A program made the position numbers and the translations under genes. Under the pieces are notes generated by a model. That model was not told the DNA's origin, did not search any database, and saw only the letters and a program-made list of their open reading frames with translations. 64,000 nucleotides of DNA from Octopus sinensis. Taxonomy: Eukaryota. Shown here in pieces: positions 22,780 to 36,021 of the stretch (the first letter of the stretch is position 1; each line of letters opens with the position of its first letter). The DNA is taken from NCBI RefSeq assembly GCF_006345805.1, contig NC_043004.1:96224001-96288000 (forward strand), in the 5' to 3' direction.

Positions 22780-23640
22780 TGTCAGTGCATTGCTGTTTAG
22801 CATCATCCCATCGGTATTAAACTATCTGCTAGAGCTATTATGGATCAATCTAAAGTTACAGAAAAATCAAAAACGAAAATTTTGGCCTGCGATGAAAACG
22901 GTTAAGGACGGTAATGTTCTGAAGATACTGATGAAGCAGTTTTCTCTGGTTTACTAACCAAAGGTAAATAAACATTTCAGTTAGTGGGACACTTATTTAA
23001 AAGGTTTTTATACAGGAATACTTTTGAGCCACTTGGATTTTCAGGTCAGCATTGAATGGTTCACTTGATTGTATGATTGCTATGAAACCACAGTGGTCTG
23101 TGGTGATGGACCTGATGTCTCAATACAAAAAATAAATAGAATGGAAGGGAAATGAATAAATATTACTTCTTACAAAAAAGAAGACTTATTTAATGTTGTT
23201 ACCTCATAGTATTCTAGTAGCCAAATAAAATTCCAGCAAAGGAAGAAAGAAGAGAAAACAACATCAAGTATTTTTGTTTGCTGTAACACAATGGGAAGTG
23301 AGAAATGATTTGCCATTGTTATAAGAAGTGTAAAAAAATCTAAAATATTACAAAAACATAAAATATTTTCTGGTTAAATATGGATGAAGAGAGAGATGTT
23401 TGTCTAAATGAACCAAACAAGAAAATGAAGAAGATAACTAGAGAATTTCATTGTTAGATAATTGCTCTGTACATAGCAAAGTGCTTCATTTTGATAACAA
23501 TCAAGTCGAGTATTTGACACCAAATTACACTGCAGGTTTACAATCATGGGATCTAGGAATAATTTGTGTCTAGAAAACCTATAAGAGGAAGAAACTGCGG
23601 TAAAGTTTCTTTTAATGAGCTGCGGTAAAGAAATTCCAAC
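22780..23640 (+). pseudogene. Decayed pogo/Tigger-like (DDE_1-type) transposase
   Basis: 23451-23600 translates LLDNCSVH...VEYLTPNYTAGLQSWDLGII...KTYKRKKLR, matching the pogo LDN..AH / FLPPNTT..LQP.D.GII pattern. Confidence 0.7.
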
Positions 23641-23951
23641 AGCTGATGGAAAACGGGTGGTTGTGCCATGGGAGCAACATTGTCGTGAGCAGTGGAAAAC
23701 GATTCAGTTGTACAATGAGAGGTTATCAGGAAAAGAGAAATGGTTTTTCTGCATCTTCAGAAAACAGTCCTTAGAGATGATGTGATAGACATGGGGGGAA
23801 AAAAAATTTAAGAATTAATGAAGACATCTGGCGGAATATTTTCCTTTGAATCAAAGTATATTTTTAGACATTTAGTATTATTGGTGGTCATTTATTAGTA
23901 TCAAATGAACTAAATAACCTCAATGTAAATGAATGTGTTAAGTTATCAAAA

Positions 23952-24188
23952 GTGAGAGAAGAAGAAGAAGAAAAAGGAGGAGGGGGCAGGGGGAGAAGAA
24001 AGAGGAGGAGGAGGGGAAGGGGTGAGGAGGAGGAGGGAGAAGAAGGAGGAGGTGGTGGAGGGGAAGGAGGAGGTGGAAGGTGGGAAGGAGGAGAGGAGGA
24101 GGATGAGGTGGAGAAGAAGAAGAAGAAGAAGAAGAAGAAGAAGAAGAAGAAGAAGAAGAAGAAGAAGAAGAAGATGAAGAAGAAGAAC
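23952..24188 (+). repeat. Purine-rich (GGA/GAA)n tract ending in ~25 GAA units
   Basis: Direct inspection. Confidence 0.95.
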
Positions 24189-24522
24189 CATTTGGCTCAG
24201 CAAAGTATTTTGTCAGAACTTTCTTAATATTTAGAAAGTAAGGCAATTCTTTTCTGTTGGTATCAGATAACAGTGTTTCAATATGTGACTGAAAATGTAG
24301 AAGTAAAAGTTTCTTTACGATTTGTCCCCTACTTTTGCAACAACCTATAGCTGGTTGATGTCAATTTAAGTTTCAATATCTTCCTTTTCCGGATTCATTT
24401 TTGTCTCTGGGTTCTTTAATCTACCCTCAAACTAGAATCAATATGCAAAGACCCATAGAATTAAAACATTTTGATGATTTTTTTATCCCTGATTGAGGTG
24501 CATATGCAGAGATAATGTTCAC

Positions 24523-24930
24523 AGGCGTAGGAGTGGCTGTGTGGTAAGTAGCTTGCTTACCAACCGCATGGTTCCGAGTTCAGTCCCACTGCATGGCACC
24601 TTGGGCAAGTGTCTTCTACTATAGCCTCGGGCCGATCAAAGCCTCGTGAGTGGATTTGGTAGACGGAAACTGAAAGAAGCCCGTCGTATATATATATGTA
24701 TATATATATATATATATATGTGTGTGTCTGTGTTTGTACCCCAACATTGCTTGACAACCAATGCTGGTATGTTTAGGTCCCCGTAACTTAGTGGTTCGGC
24801 AAAAGAGACCGAAAGAATAAGTACTGGGCTTACAAAGAATAAGTCCTGGGGGCGATTTGCTCGACTAAAAAGGTGGTGCTCCAGCATGGCCACAGTCAAA
24901 TGACTGAAACAAGTAAAAGAGTAAAGAGTA
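24523..24930 (+). mobile_element. SINE-A, full length
   Basis: Head, CORE-like block, internal (TA)n, tail. Confidence 0.92.
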
Positions 24931-25148
24931 TTATGTTATTGATGACAAAACTTAGCTAACCTAATCTATACATTTTCTTCTAACAATATGCTCACTTCCA
25001 CTGAAGAATATTCAACTTGTTATTTTTGTTTGTGAGAAGGTTGATGAAACCTTTCATTTTGTCTCTCATATATAATACTTGAAGCTAACCATCTTTACTC
25101 CAGTATTTCTTCAGCCTTTCCTATTTTACTTGTGTCAATGTTGTTGTG

Positions 25149-25530
25149 GAGGCACAATGGCCCAGTGGTTAGGGCAGCGGACTCGCGGTCATAGGATCGC
25201 GGTTTCGATTCCCAGACCGGGCTTTGTGAGTGTTTATTGAGCGAAAACACCTAAAAGCTCCACGAGGCTCCGGCAGGGGATGGTGATGATCCCTGCTGTA
25301 CTCTTTCACCACAACTGTCTCTCACTCTTACTTCCTGTTTCTGTTGTACCTGTCTTTCAAAGGGCCGGCCTTGTCACTCTCTGTGTCACGCTGAATATCC
25401 CCGAGAACTACGTTAAGGGGACACGTGTCTGTGGAGTGCTCAGCCACTTACACGTTAATTTCACGAGTAGGCTGTTCCGTTGATTCGGATCAACTGGAAC
25501 CCTCGTCGTCATAACCGACGGAGTGCTTCC
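25149..25530 (+). mobile_element. SINE-D with tail 1 and 13-bp TSD
   Basis: TSD CAATGTTGTTGTG at 25136-25148 and 25531-25543; A-box TGGCCCAGTGG, B-box GTTTCGATTCC. Confidence 0.92.
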
Positions 25531-25717
25531 CAATGTTGTTGTGACAATTCTAGAGTCTGAAACCGGACAGGAAGAAGGAGGATTTTGGTGAATGGATTGG
25601 TGATTATTTTGGGCATTTGAAATGAAGAGAGTACCTGATGCCATGTGGCCACGTTCGAGGTTTTTTCACACATGATCAACCATTTCCATCTTTAACTGAT
25701 TAGTTAATTATTCTCTC

Positions 25718-26010
25718 ATAGGCGCAGGAGTGGCTGTGTGGTAAGTAGCTTGTTTACCAACCACATGGTTCCGAGTTCAGTCCCACTGCATGGCACCTTG
25801 GGCGAGTGGCTTCTACTATAGCCTCGAGCCGACCAAAGCCTTGTGAGTGGATTTGGTAGACGGAAACTGAAAGAAGCCCGTCGTATATATGTATATATAT
25901 TTATATATATATGTTTGTGTGTCTGTGTTTGTCCCCCTAGCATTGCTTGACAACCAATGCTGGTGTGTTTAGGTCCCTGTCACTTAGCGGTTCGGCAAAA
26001 GACACTGATT
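25718..26010 (+). mobile_element. SINE-A, 3'-truncated
   Basis: Head to CGGTTCGGCAAAAGA. Confidence 0.85.
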
Positions 26011-26419
26011 GAACAAACTTTTACTAATAATCAATTACGTATTGGCTGTTAATTCTAATTTGTTGTATTTGACATTCATGCTTTAAATGGCATGAAAATG
26101 TGGCCATCACTAGTTACCAAGGGAATTATTGTGAACGGGCTTTTCAGAAATTGGTAGATGAAACACAGAAGGGTAGTGTACACTATTTCTGTTAGTCTCC
26201 AGTATCTCAATACAAATATCATTATTGATATAATTTTGTCAATGAATATTCTAACTGAAACATTGATAATAAGAAAAATTAATAACAATTTGCTAGAATG
26301 GGTGAAAATCAAGTTAAGCTTAAAGTTTCTTATCTTGCTATGTTTTAGCAATGTTTTTGGTTATGGAGCAAATAATATAATAAGTAACTGACTATTGGAG
26401 AGAAGGATAAGTCAGGAGA

Positions 26420-26468
26420 AGAAATAGATAGATAGCTAAATAGATAGATAGATAAATAGGTAAATAGG

Positions 26469-26526
<58 letters not shown>

Positions 26527-26550
26527 GTAAATAGATAGATAGATAGGTAA

Positions 26551-26594
<44 letters not shown>

Positions 26595-26630
26595 ATAGGT
26601 AAATAGATAAAGAGATAGATAGATAGCTAA

Positions 26631-26686
<56 letters not shown>

Positions 26687-26693
26687 GCTGATG

Positions 26694-26748
<55 letters not shown>

Positions 26749-26810
26749 GGATAGATAGATAGATGGACAAGCAGATAAAGAGTCAGAGGAAGAGAGAGAG
26801 AGAGAGCATA
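26420..26810. repeat. (GATA)n microsatellite
   Basis: Direct inspection. Confidence 0.95.
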
Positions 26811-27217
26811 TGGAAATATTAGAACTTAAAGAGACTTCACATGGTTTTCTGCTTGGCCCTTGAATCACAACATGGATAATACTATTAATAGTATTTCTAT
26901 CAGTAAATTTTCCAATAAAAACATTAATGATGATGATGTAGATGATGATGATATGTTAGTGCTGATGATCAAATAATAGCGAAATCACAAGGCTTAAAAA
27001 TTCTTATCTTGGAATCTTTTGGAGATGTCTTTGATCGTGGAGCAAGTAATGAAATAAATAAGTCTGCCTATTGAGGTGAAAGACAGTTAGAAAGACGATA
27101 TAAACAGATAGTGAGAGAAACTGAGAAAACACATGAAAACGTTATTACAAATTAGAGATAATGTACAGAATTTTCCACCAATCCCCTGAGTGTCTGCACA
27201 CATGTATATGGATATAA

Positions 27218-27263
<46 letters not shown>

Positions 27264-27264
<1 letters not shown>

Positions 27265-27558
27265 GAGGCGCAATGGCCTAGTGGTCAGGGCAGCAGACTT
27301 GTGGTCGTAGGATTGCGGTTTCGATTCCCAGACCAGTCGTTGTGAGTGTTTATTGAGCGAAAACACCTTAAAGCTCCACGAGGCTCTGGCAGGAGGTGGT
27401 GATCCCTGCTGTACTCTTTCACCACTCTTTCTCCCACTTTCTTCTTTTGGCCTGCTCGCTTAGCCAGCGGGGTGGCGTCATTCGAAGGCTAAAACAATGC
27501 GAACGCATTGTGACCAGCGATGTGTAACAACATCTGATGGTCTGGTCGGTCACGTGAT

Positions 27559-27566
<8 letters not shown>
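27264..27566 (+). mobile_element. SINE-D with tail 2, inserted in (TA)n
   Basis: First ~160 bp as 25149; unrelated tail ending CACGTGATCACGTGAT. Confidence 0.88.
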
Positions 27567-27590
<24 letters not shown>

Positions 27591-27599
27591 TGTCTTTCA

Positions 27600-27809
27600 T
27601 CTTTTACTTGTTTCCATCGTTGGACTGTGGCCATACTGGGGCATGACCTTAAAGGTGGTAGCTGAACAATTTGAGCCGAGAACTACCAAATTCACTCATC
27701 AATCATCCTTGACCTATCGTAGAAGATACTTGCTGAAGGTGCCATGCAGTAAGATTGAATCTGAAGCCATGTAGTTTCAAAGTGGGCTTCTTAGCCACAT
27801 AGCCATGCC

Positions 27810-27810
<1 letters not shown>
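27600..27810 (-). mobile_element. Decayed SINE-A
   Basis: Tail and head remnants. Confidence 0.55.
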
Positions 27811-27857
<47 letters not shown>

Positions 27858-27944
27858 TGAAATTTATAGAAAAGCAAAAGACAAAAGCAGGTGTATAAAT
27901 AACAAGTAAGTGTATTCGTTTGATACACAGGAAAATGAAAAAGT

Positions 27945-27980
27945 CTTTTACGTTTCCAGCCTATGCTCTTCAACAGAAAG
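27945..27980 (-). ncRNA. Minimal HHR-like motif, CTGTTGA core (sibling of 18525)
   Basis: Minus strand CTTT-CTGTTGA-A-GAGC-ATAG-GCTG-GAAA-CG-T-A-AAAG. Confidence 0.5.
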
Positions 27981-28019
27981 GAATAAGAGAAAATAAACAC
28001 AGAGAGAATGAAAAACTTA

Positions 28020-28424
28020 TAGATTTGGTGGTTAAGTAGGGCTCTATGTTGAGTTTAAGTCCATATGGAAAGATGAATGGAGGCATAATGTTGCCATCAC
28101 TCATGATCACTTCAAACAAGATGATGCTGAGTGGATGTTTGATTTTTTATCACTCTTGGTACATGTCCTCAGATTGCACAGTCCTTAGATTTATACCCAA
28201 ACACTCTGAAATGTTCATATTGGAGGTTCCGGTGTGAATGCCATGCAGTACAGCACCTCGTTTCCAAATTTCTGGCAAAGTGAATTGTGTCATGGTGCTG
28301 TTTTTCTCACAGACAGTGCCCAACTGACTCTACTATACTGGGTAGTTGACAAAATCAAAAACATACAAATCAAATGTGTGAAATTAAAAGTAAAAAATGG
28401 TGACAATTTACCCATCACACCCTG
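28020..28424 (-). mobile_element. maT (DD37D-like) transposon relic, family 1
   Basis: TIR TA-CAGGGTGTGATGGGTAAATTG at the right end; minus frame KHPLSIILFEVIMSDGNIMPPFIFPYGLKLN. Confidence 0.7.
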
Positions 28425-28463
28425 TATGTATATATGTATATATATATATACATACACACACAC

Positions 28464-28510
<47 letters not shown>

Positions 28511-28530
28511 CATACATATATATATATGTA

Positions 28531-28584
<54 letters not shown>

Positions 28585-28910
28585 TATATATATATACATA
28601 TATATACATATGTATATACATGTATGCGTATATATATATATATATTGTATGTGTGTAAGGGCATATGTATCTATAGATGCTTACATAGATACGTATGTGT
28701 GTGTGTGCTTACATATACCTTTAGGTAGGAGCTGAAAGAAACCTACTTTATGCGACTGCACTTCAAACCATTTCCCTAAAGACTTTAATAGTTTGTTAGT
28801 AAGTGCTAAGAAATTATTTCTCTCAAAATATTGATACTACTGAGATATATATGGAAGATAGTGGTTATTTCTTAAATATCAGAATGTGTGAATACAGACA
28901 CACACATGTG

Positions 28911-28966
<56 letters not shown>

Positions 28967-28967
28967 C

Positions 28968-29013
<46 letters not shown>

Positions 29014-29230
29014 TAGATATAGATATAGATAGATAGATATAAAGACAGATAAATAGATTGATACACACACACATATCATCTCATCATTATAATCAGTGGA
29101 CGTTAAATGATGATGATGATGATGATGATATGTGTGTGTGTATCAATCTATCTATCTGTCTTCATATCTATCTATTTATCTATCTATCTATATATATCTA
29201 TCTATCTGACTACCTACTCATACATACATA
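28425..29230. repeat. Compound (TA)n/(GATA)n/(GAT)n microsatellite block
   Basis: Direct inspection. Confidence 0.85.
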
Positions 29231-29234
29231 TATA

Positions 29235-30497
29235 TTGGTTCCTTCCATAAATAATGCAGTATTTTTATACTTCTTGTATTTCTCAAAATTAAGATAAGCA
29301 AAGTTCTCTTTTAATCTAAAATATATGCTCCATCATTTTCTACAATGCTCTTCCACCTATCTGGTAGGCTTGCAAGGCCCTTTTCCAAAATTCACTCAAC
29401 AAAAATTCTCCTCCAGTACTGTTTTGACCTTGTCTACAGAATTCATATTTTTACTGCCCAAATGATTTTGAAGACTATGGAATAAATGATAATAAGATGC
29501 AGCAATGTCCCGTGAATATTATGGGTGGGGTATCATTTCCCATTCAAACTGCTCCAGCCATTGGAATGTCATCCTCATCATTATCCTGATTAAAGATCAC
29601 ATTTCATCTTGAAATCAAAGTTGGCCGTTTTTCTTCTAGTACTGACTTAAGCCACTCAAGCTGCTTGCAGTAGATCTCCTTTGTTACCATTTGGTTTGGA
29701 TTTTAAAGTTTAAAGTAGACTAAACCTTTCATATCCCACCAAACAGATAACAACATTTTACATGTGTGAAGACCTTCTTTACTCGGGAGTGCTGGTGTTT
29801 CTCCTTTCCCTGCCCACTGCCTTTGGCACTTGACATTTTTATACAGAACCCATTTTCCATCATCAGTCCCTATTCGATCCAAAAAGGGTTCATTCATGAG
29901 ATGTGACAGCAAAGACAAACACAGATTCACCCTCTGTGCATGATTAGACTCAGAAAGATTGTGAGGGACCCATTGACCCAATTTGCTGGCTTTTCCGATG
30001 GAACACAGGTGTTGATGAATGGTGGAATAACCAAATCCAAGCTTCTCTGCTAGTTCCTCAATAGTTACAATGGCATTTTGTTCCACCAAGATTTGCAGGA
30101 TGTCCTTGTCAAGCTCTACAGATCTTCCAGGGTGAGGCTCATTTTCTAGGCTGTAGTTTCCAGCTTGGAATTTCTGGAACCATTGTTGACACTGGCTTAT
30201 GCTTATTGTCTGACCCCTATATACTGCATTAATATTTCTCACTTTCTATGTTGTTGCCGTTATTGAACTTATAAAGCAAAATATGCTGAATATGCTCCTT
30301 TGTCACTTCCATTTTATTTTTGAAAAAATAATTGTTAAAATAAATCTGCACTCTCCAAAACTTGCACTAAGAATAAGTATAAGATAAAATTACTAACTGC
30401 TTTTATAGCAAGTTCATGCAGGTAGTTTATCCCGTGCCCCTCCGACTTTTAGTTCAGGTAATTGAAAAAACCCCACATTATTTATGGGATGACACAA
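29235..30497 (-). mobile_element. mariner transposon copy 1 (defective), 1263 bp
   Basis: TA flanks; TIRs TTGGTTCCTTCCATAAATAATG / CATTATTTATGGGATGACACAA; ORF 30242-29703 with WFQKF, GQWVPHNL, RIGTDDGKWVLY, LLSVWWDMKG. Confidence 0.93.
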
Positions 30498-30499
30498 TA

Positions 30500-31326
30500 T
30501 ATGCTGTCCAGGCTAAATTTGGCAATTTTTCTGTTTTCTGTTTTCAGGAACAACTTGATGTACTGGTGAATAGTCAAACAGCACTGGAGAGCATAAAAGT
30601 TAAGGTTGTAAAGAGAAAGTTGGCTGACATGGACAACTGGAAACCACCTGAATAGTGGAAAAGAATTACATGCATCTTGATGATTTGTGCCATGTATCAG
30701 AATGTCAATCATGACTGCTGCAAAGTGGTCTGTGAACACTGTAAAGGCTGTAAGATGTGACGTGGATATCATGAAAACCAAGTTACTCCATACTGTAATG
30801 ATCTTTGTGTGTGTCTCCAATAAGGTGGACATCATGCCACTCCATGTCTTTGAATAGAGTCTTAGGCTCAATTCAGGTGACTATGTGAACATGGTGGAGA
30901 CTGTGGTCAATCCCTTGCTAGAAAGGTTTGCCATACCTCTGGAAAGTGTCCGAAGTGCTTATTGAAGAATTTCTACAACTTCAACCAGCTCCAAGTTCTG
31001 ACCTCCTAATTCCTCCAGTTGTAATCACAAGGTTTACTATTTGTTGGGTGCAGTTGAGAAATACACCAACCACACTGCTTGCAACCCCTAGGGAGGAGCT
31101 AGTGACGAAGAGCCCAAAGATCTTCCAAGACACATAGTGAGAAACATATGTGCCTGCTTCTACCACTGTCTTGAGGCCATGATGGAAATGGAAGGTTGTT
31201 ACTTAATCTCCCAGTCATAATTTAGTTGATATTTTTTGATTTTTTAAAATATTTTATTTTTGAATGGGATAATGTTTTACTTCTACTTTCTCTTTTATGC
31301 AAACTGTCAAATTTAGCTTGAACACA
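30500..31326 (+). mobile_element. maT (DD37D-like) relic, family 2, internally deleted
   Basis: TIRs TGTCCAGGCTAAATTTGGCA / TGTCAAATTTAGCTTGAACA; MKTKLLHTVMIFVCVS...LRLNSGDYV..VETVVNPLLER. Confidence 0.75.
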
Positions 31327-31418
31327 TTGCATGTATTGATATGCATGAGATGTCTATGTATGTATGTATGTATGTATGTATGTATGTATGTATGTATGTA
31401 TGTATGTATGTATGTATG

Positions 31419-31451
<33 letters not shown>

Positions 31452-31489
31452 GTCTGTCTGTCTGCCAATATAAGTGTGCTGTGTCATGT

Positions 31490-31697
31490 AAAAAGCACTT
31501 GTACCAGTGCTGCTTGAATGTTGCCATGCCAGTAGCATGTAAAAGTACCCAGTACACTCTGTAAAGGGGTTATTGTTTGGAAGGCATCCAGCTGTAGTAA
31601 CCATACCAAAACCTGGACAGTTCCTGTCAAACCATCCAGCCCATGCCTGCATGGGAAATAGACGTTAGGTGATGATGGTGATGATGATGATGATGAT
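31490..31697 (+). mobile_element. Family B, decayed
   Basis: AAGGCATCCAGCTGTAG...GACGTTAGGTGATGATG. Confidence 0.7.
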
Positions 31698-31814
31698 ATA
31701 TAAATATACAAGAAAAAAAAATATATTATAGTTATTAGGGAAGATTAATTCCGAGTACACAGGAATGAGATATTCAAATTATAGGTACTAAAATGAACTT
31801 CTCTCAATATTTTC

Positions 31815-32746
31815 ATATATATAAAAGTAGTTTTAGAGACAGAATCACCCTCAACTCAATCCACATTGAAAGATATTATACCCAACTGAGCCATAAAATA
31901 TTAAATATGAAATTACTATATCTATTCAGAATCCCATACTTTCCCTTTTAAAAACAAAACGTCTTTCTTGACAGTATGTCGGTATTTTTGAGATATAAGG
32001 TTTCCAGTTTTAATACTCAATTAGATCGACGTACTCCCAATCTTCAGGTCTGGATTCTACACATTTATTACTCTATCTACATTCTCTATAACTCTATGAT
32101 GATTTAAATTATTTGACTAAAAATCGTTAACATAATTTTACTTTACAAATTAATAAATAAAAATAAAAATAAAAGTAATGAATGAACCTTAAAATTTAAG
32201 AAATAAAAATTTAAGGAATAAAAGAGGATAAAAAACATGAATAAAAAAAAGGAATAAAAATAAAAAATAATGAGCAAAACGAATGTTAACTTATCTATTT
32301 GTGGTTCCCTCCCTGCGAAAATTAAACATGGTTACATCTTGCAAATAACGTACATTCCACACTTGATAATTCCACTGTAAGGGAGATAATTCTAATTAAT
32401 ATTATTCGCATTTCTTATTCGTATTTTGTTAACGATTTTTAGTCAAATAATTTCAATCATCATAGAGTTATATATAATGTAGATAGAGTAATAAATGTGT
32501 AGAATCCAGACCTGAAGATTGGGAGTATGTCGATCTAATTGAGTATTGAAACTAGAGATCTTATACCTAAAAAATACCGACATACTATCATGAAACACGT
32601 GTTGTCTTTAAAAGGGAAAGTATGAGATTCTGAATAGATATAGTAAGTATTATATTTAATAATTTATGGCTTGGTCGGGTTTAATATCTTTCAATGTTGA
32701 TTGAGTTGAGAGTGGTTCTGTCTCTAAAATTACTTATATATATATA
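31815..32746. mobile_element. Large foldback element, ~318-bp arms, HHR in each arm
   Basis: Arms 31815-32132 and 32427-32746; ~295-bp A-rich spacer. Confidence 0.88.
32508..32607 (+). ncRNA. Type I hammerhead with long stem II (45-nt insert); mirror copy 31952-32051 on minus
   Basis: AGAC/GTCT, CTGAAGA 32512-32518, 12 of 14 stem II pairs, GAAA 32592-32595, ACACGTGT palindrome, GUU site at 32603. Confidence 0.75.
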
Positions 32747-33138
32747 CTAGCAGTATCGCCCGGCGTTGCTCGGGTTTGTAAGGGAAATAACTATATAAGC
32801 ATTTTTAGAGAGTTATAGCAAAAAATAGCAAAAAAATGCATTAAAAATGAAAAAAAATTAAGGTAAATTTTTTTAAATCGTTGACACATCGTAGATATTT
32901 TTAGAGAGTTACTTCCCTTATATAAAAGCGAAAAAAATGCATTAAAATGGAAAAATATGATGGTAAATTTTTTTAAAATCGTAGACTCATCGTAGACGCA
33001 CGCTAATACCCAGAAGGGCTCGATATGAATCACGACTATAAGATACCCGGTTTTGGATAAACTGCACCGCAAAATGTGGGAGTAGTTAGGAATCTAAATC
33101 GTAGGAGACAGACACACAACTTCACTCTTATATAAAGA
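32747..33138 (-). mobile_element. Non-autonomous Helitron H1 with internal ~110-bp duplication
   Basis: Minus strand TC 5' end at 33138; hairpin and CTAG at 32747. Confidence 0.85.
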
Positions 33139-33519
33139 TGCTTTTTTTTTCAGTCATAGAGTTAGATTTATGAAGGTCTTCAGTAGAAAATCCTTCGAAT
33201 TCTGACTCGCTGCTTGATATACTGAAATTCGTATCCATTTTTTGTCAGAATTACAAATTTTGAAAACACAATAGGAACAAATTTCGGAAAAAAATCTCCC
33301 ATAATTCACGGAATTAAAATTACACTTCGATTTTTGTACAAAACTGTAGTTGAAGTGTTTACGAAGTATAATACGTGTTTTCACGAATGTACTAAAGAGA
33401 TTTGCTCTGATATTCTCATTTAAATATGAATAGGTAAATTCGGGCGGCTTGGTAACTATATATAAGTGTCGTCTGTTTATACATAAACACTGTTTCATAC
33501 TGCAATTATATATACATAT

Positions 33520-34308
33520 ATCTATATATAATATTATATAATAAAATATATACAGAGTAAAATAAAAACCAATTTACCTTTTCTGTCTGTCCGTGTGTCT
33601 TTGCAAATGTGTTGGAATGATAAGTGAGTTGAGTTTTGGCGTCTTTTTTACTAATAACAAACACACACGTGTTTGTATGTAGTTGTATGTGTATGTAGTT
33701 GTATGTAGTTGTATATGTATGTGTATGCGTGTGTGTGAGGAATGACACACACACACTCACGCACGCACACATGTACATCAATGCTTTCGGAGTGATATGT
33801 TAAAATATTGAGTTTTCTCGAATTTCGTCTTAATTGGTAGTAAAATTGAAAGAAATTTTTTATGGCATCACCCACTGAAGTACTCTGAAAAATCTTAGGT
33901 AAATTCTAATTGAAGAAATTGTGTGAGGAGTAAATGGTTATGTATTTATTTGTTTCTGTTTGCTGTGTTTTTTTATTTTTTGAGTAGTGGTTTAAATACT
34001 TTCAGTTTAGTCTTCCTCAAATCACTCTGTCGCTATTTACTTTCATTTTATTCGTTGCACACTGTGTGTGTGCGTTTGCGTGTGGTGTAAACCAGACTAA
34101 GAAAAGCATTTGACACACACACCAGAATGTGAGTTTTCTGTAAATTTTGCTTAATTGGAGTTTAAATTTTAAAAACTGGACCTGGCATGACGCGATGCAT
34201 TGTACTCTTAAAAATGCTAGGTAAATTGTAATTGAAGAAATCCTATATTGTAGATTTGTATAACTCCCAAAGGGAGGCAGATAAAATCTGCCTTTTATAA
34301 TAAGAGAT
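33520..34308 (-). mobile_element. Possible Helitron-like repeat (5' end only) with ~115-bp direct repeat
   Basis: Minus strand TCTCTTATTATAAAAGGCAG start near 34306; repeats at 33810-33920 and 34132-34240; no 3' CTAG found. Confidence 0.35.
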
Positions 34309-34584
34309 ATATATATATATACACACACACTTTTCTTGTGTGTTGACTAGAATCATTAGCCAATGGTTCTAGTCAATGCACAGGACAGCCATTATGTCCC
34401 ACACACAAAACACCACCATGTGGACTCTGTTGAGACTAGTAAGAAATAATTATGAGCGTTTCTTTTATTACGCTTAACTTTTAAAAGTATATATTTTCCA
34501 TAAGGTTCGTTTTTTTTTCAAGAAGAACCGAAACATGTAAAATCTTTCAGAAAATAAAAATTTTTCTTATATAGTGGCGTTTTC

Positions 34585-35290
<706 letters not shown>

Positions 35291-35688
35291 AATGTATTCA
35301 TTAACAATAAAATTGCTGGAAATTTGAATTACAAAGAGAAGTTTAATGGGCCAAACCATGGTTCACTGCAGTTAAGTAAAAGATTGAGGCACGTGATGAT
35401 TGAGAACTGAATTTTCCAGTATTTTGGGTTTTATTAGTGGAGATGATTTAAACATCTTGCAGAATGTTGCTGCAGATTTGGTTTATCAAAACCTCTGCAC
35501 TGTACAGGATATAGGTTTTTGCAACAAGGATAAAGACTGTTAATAATAGAGTGTTAGGTCTTGGTAAAGTTGTTCTTCATACTATTGTAATGGCAGAGCT
35601 CTGTGGGATCTTAAACTTCTGGGCATTTATGAAAAGGATTCTAGCCTCCAGGAGACATTAAAGTATAAAATAATAAATGCATATATAT

Positions 35689-35720
<32 letters not shown>

Positions 35721-35911
35721 ATATGTATGTATGTATATATATATATAGTATATATATATATAGGAATTACAACCGTGTTTCATGGTCTGCTACCACAATA
35801 GCTCATTTATAGGATCCAGTTAGCTCAAGACATCATCAGGAGGAACCATGTCTGGTTCGGCCCCTACTCATATATTATATATATATATATATATAATATA
35901 TATATGTATAT

Positions 35912-36011
<100 letters not shown>

Positions 36012-36021
36012 TATGTATATA

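Noticed and set aside
23938-24246. Poly-E/G/K and poly-S/L ORFs
   Set aside because: Translations of the (GGA/GAA)n tract.
25002-25070. CTGAAGA...GAAAC...GTC hammerhead-like match
   Set aside because: Stem I does not pair and there is no foldback context; likely chance.
25149-25225. SINE heads as functional tRNA genes (also 1137, 4707, 13059, 27264, 43444)
   Set aside because: A and B boxes are present but no complete cloverleaf; they continue into repeat bodies.
32133-32426. Foldback spacer as a PLE GIY-YIG or RT remnant
   Set aside because: The frames I translated by eye showed no GIY-YIG or RT motif; largely A-rich low complexity.
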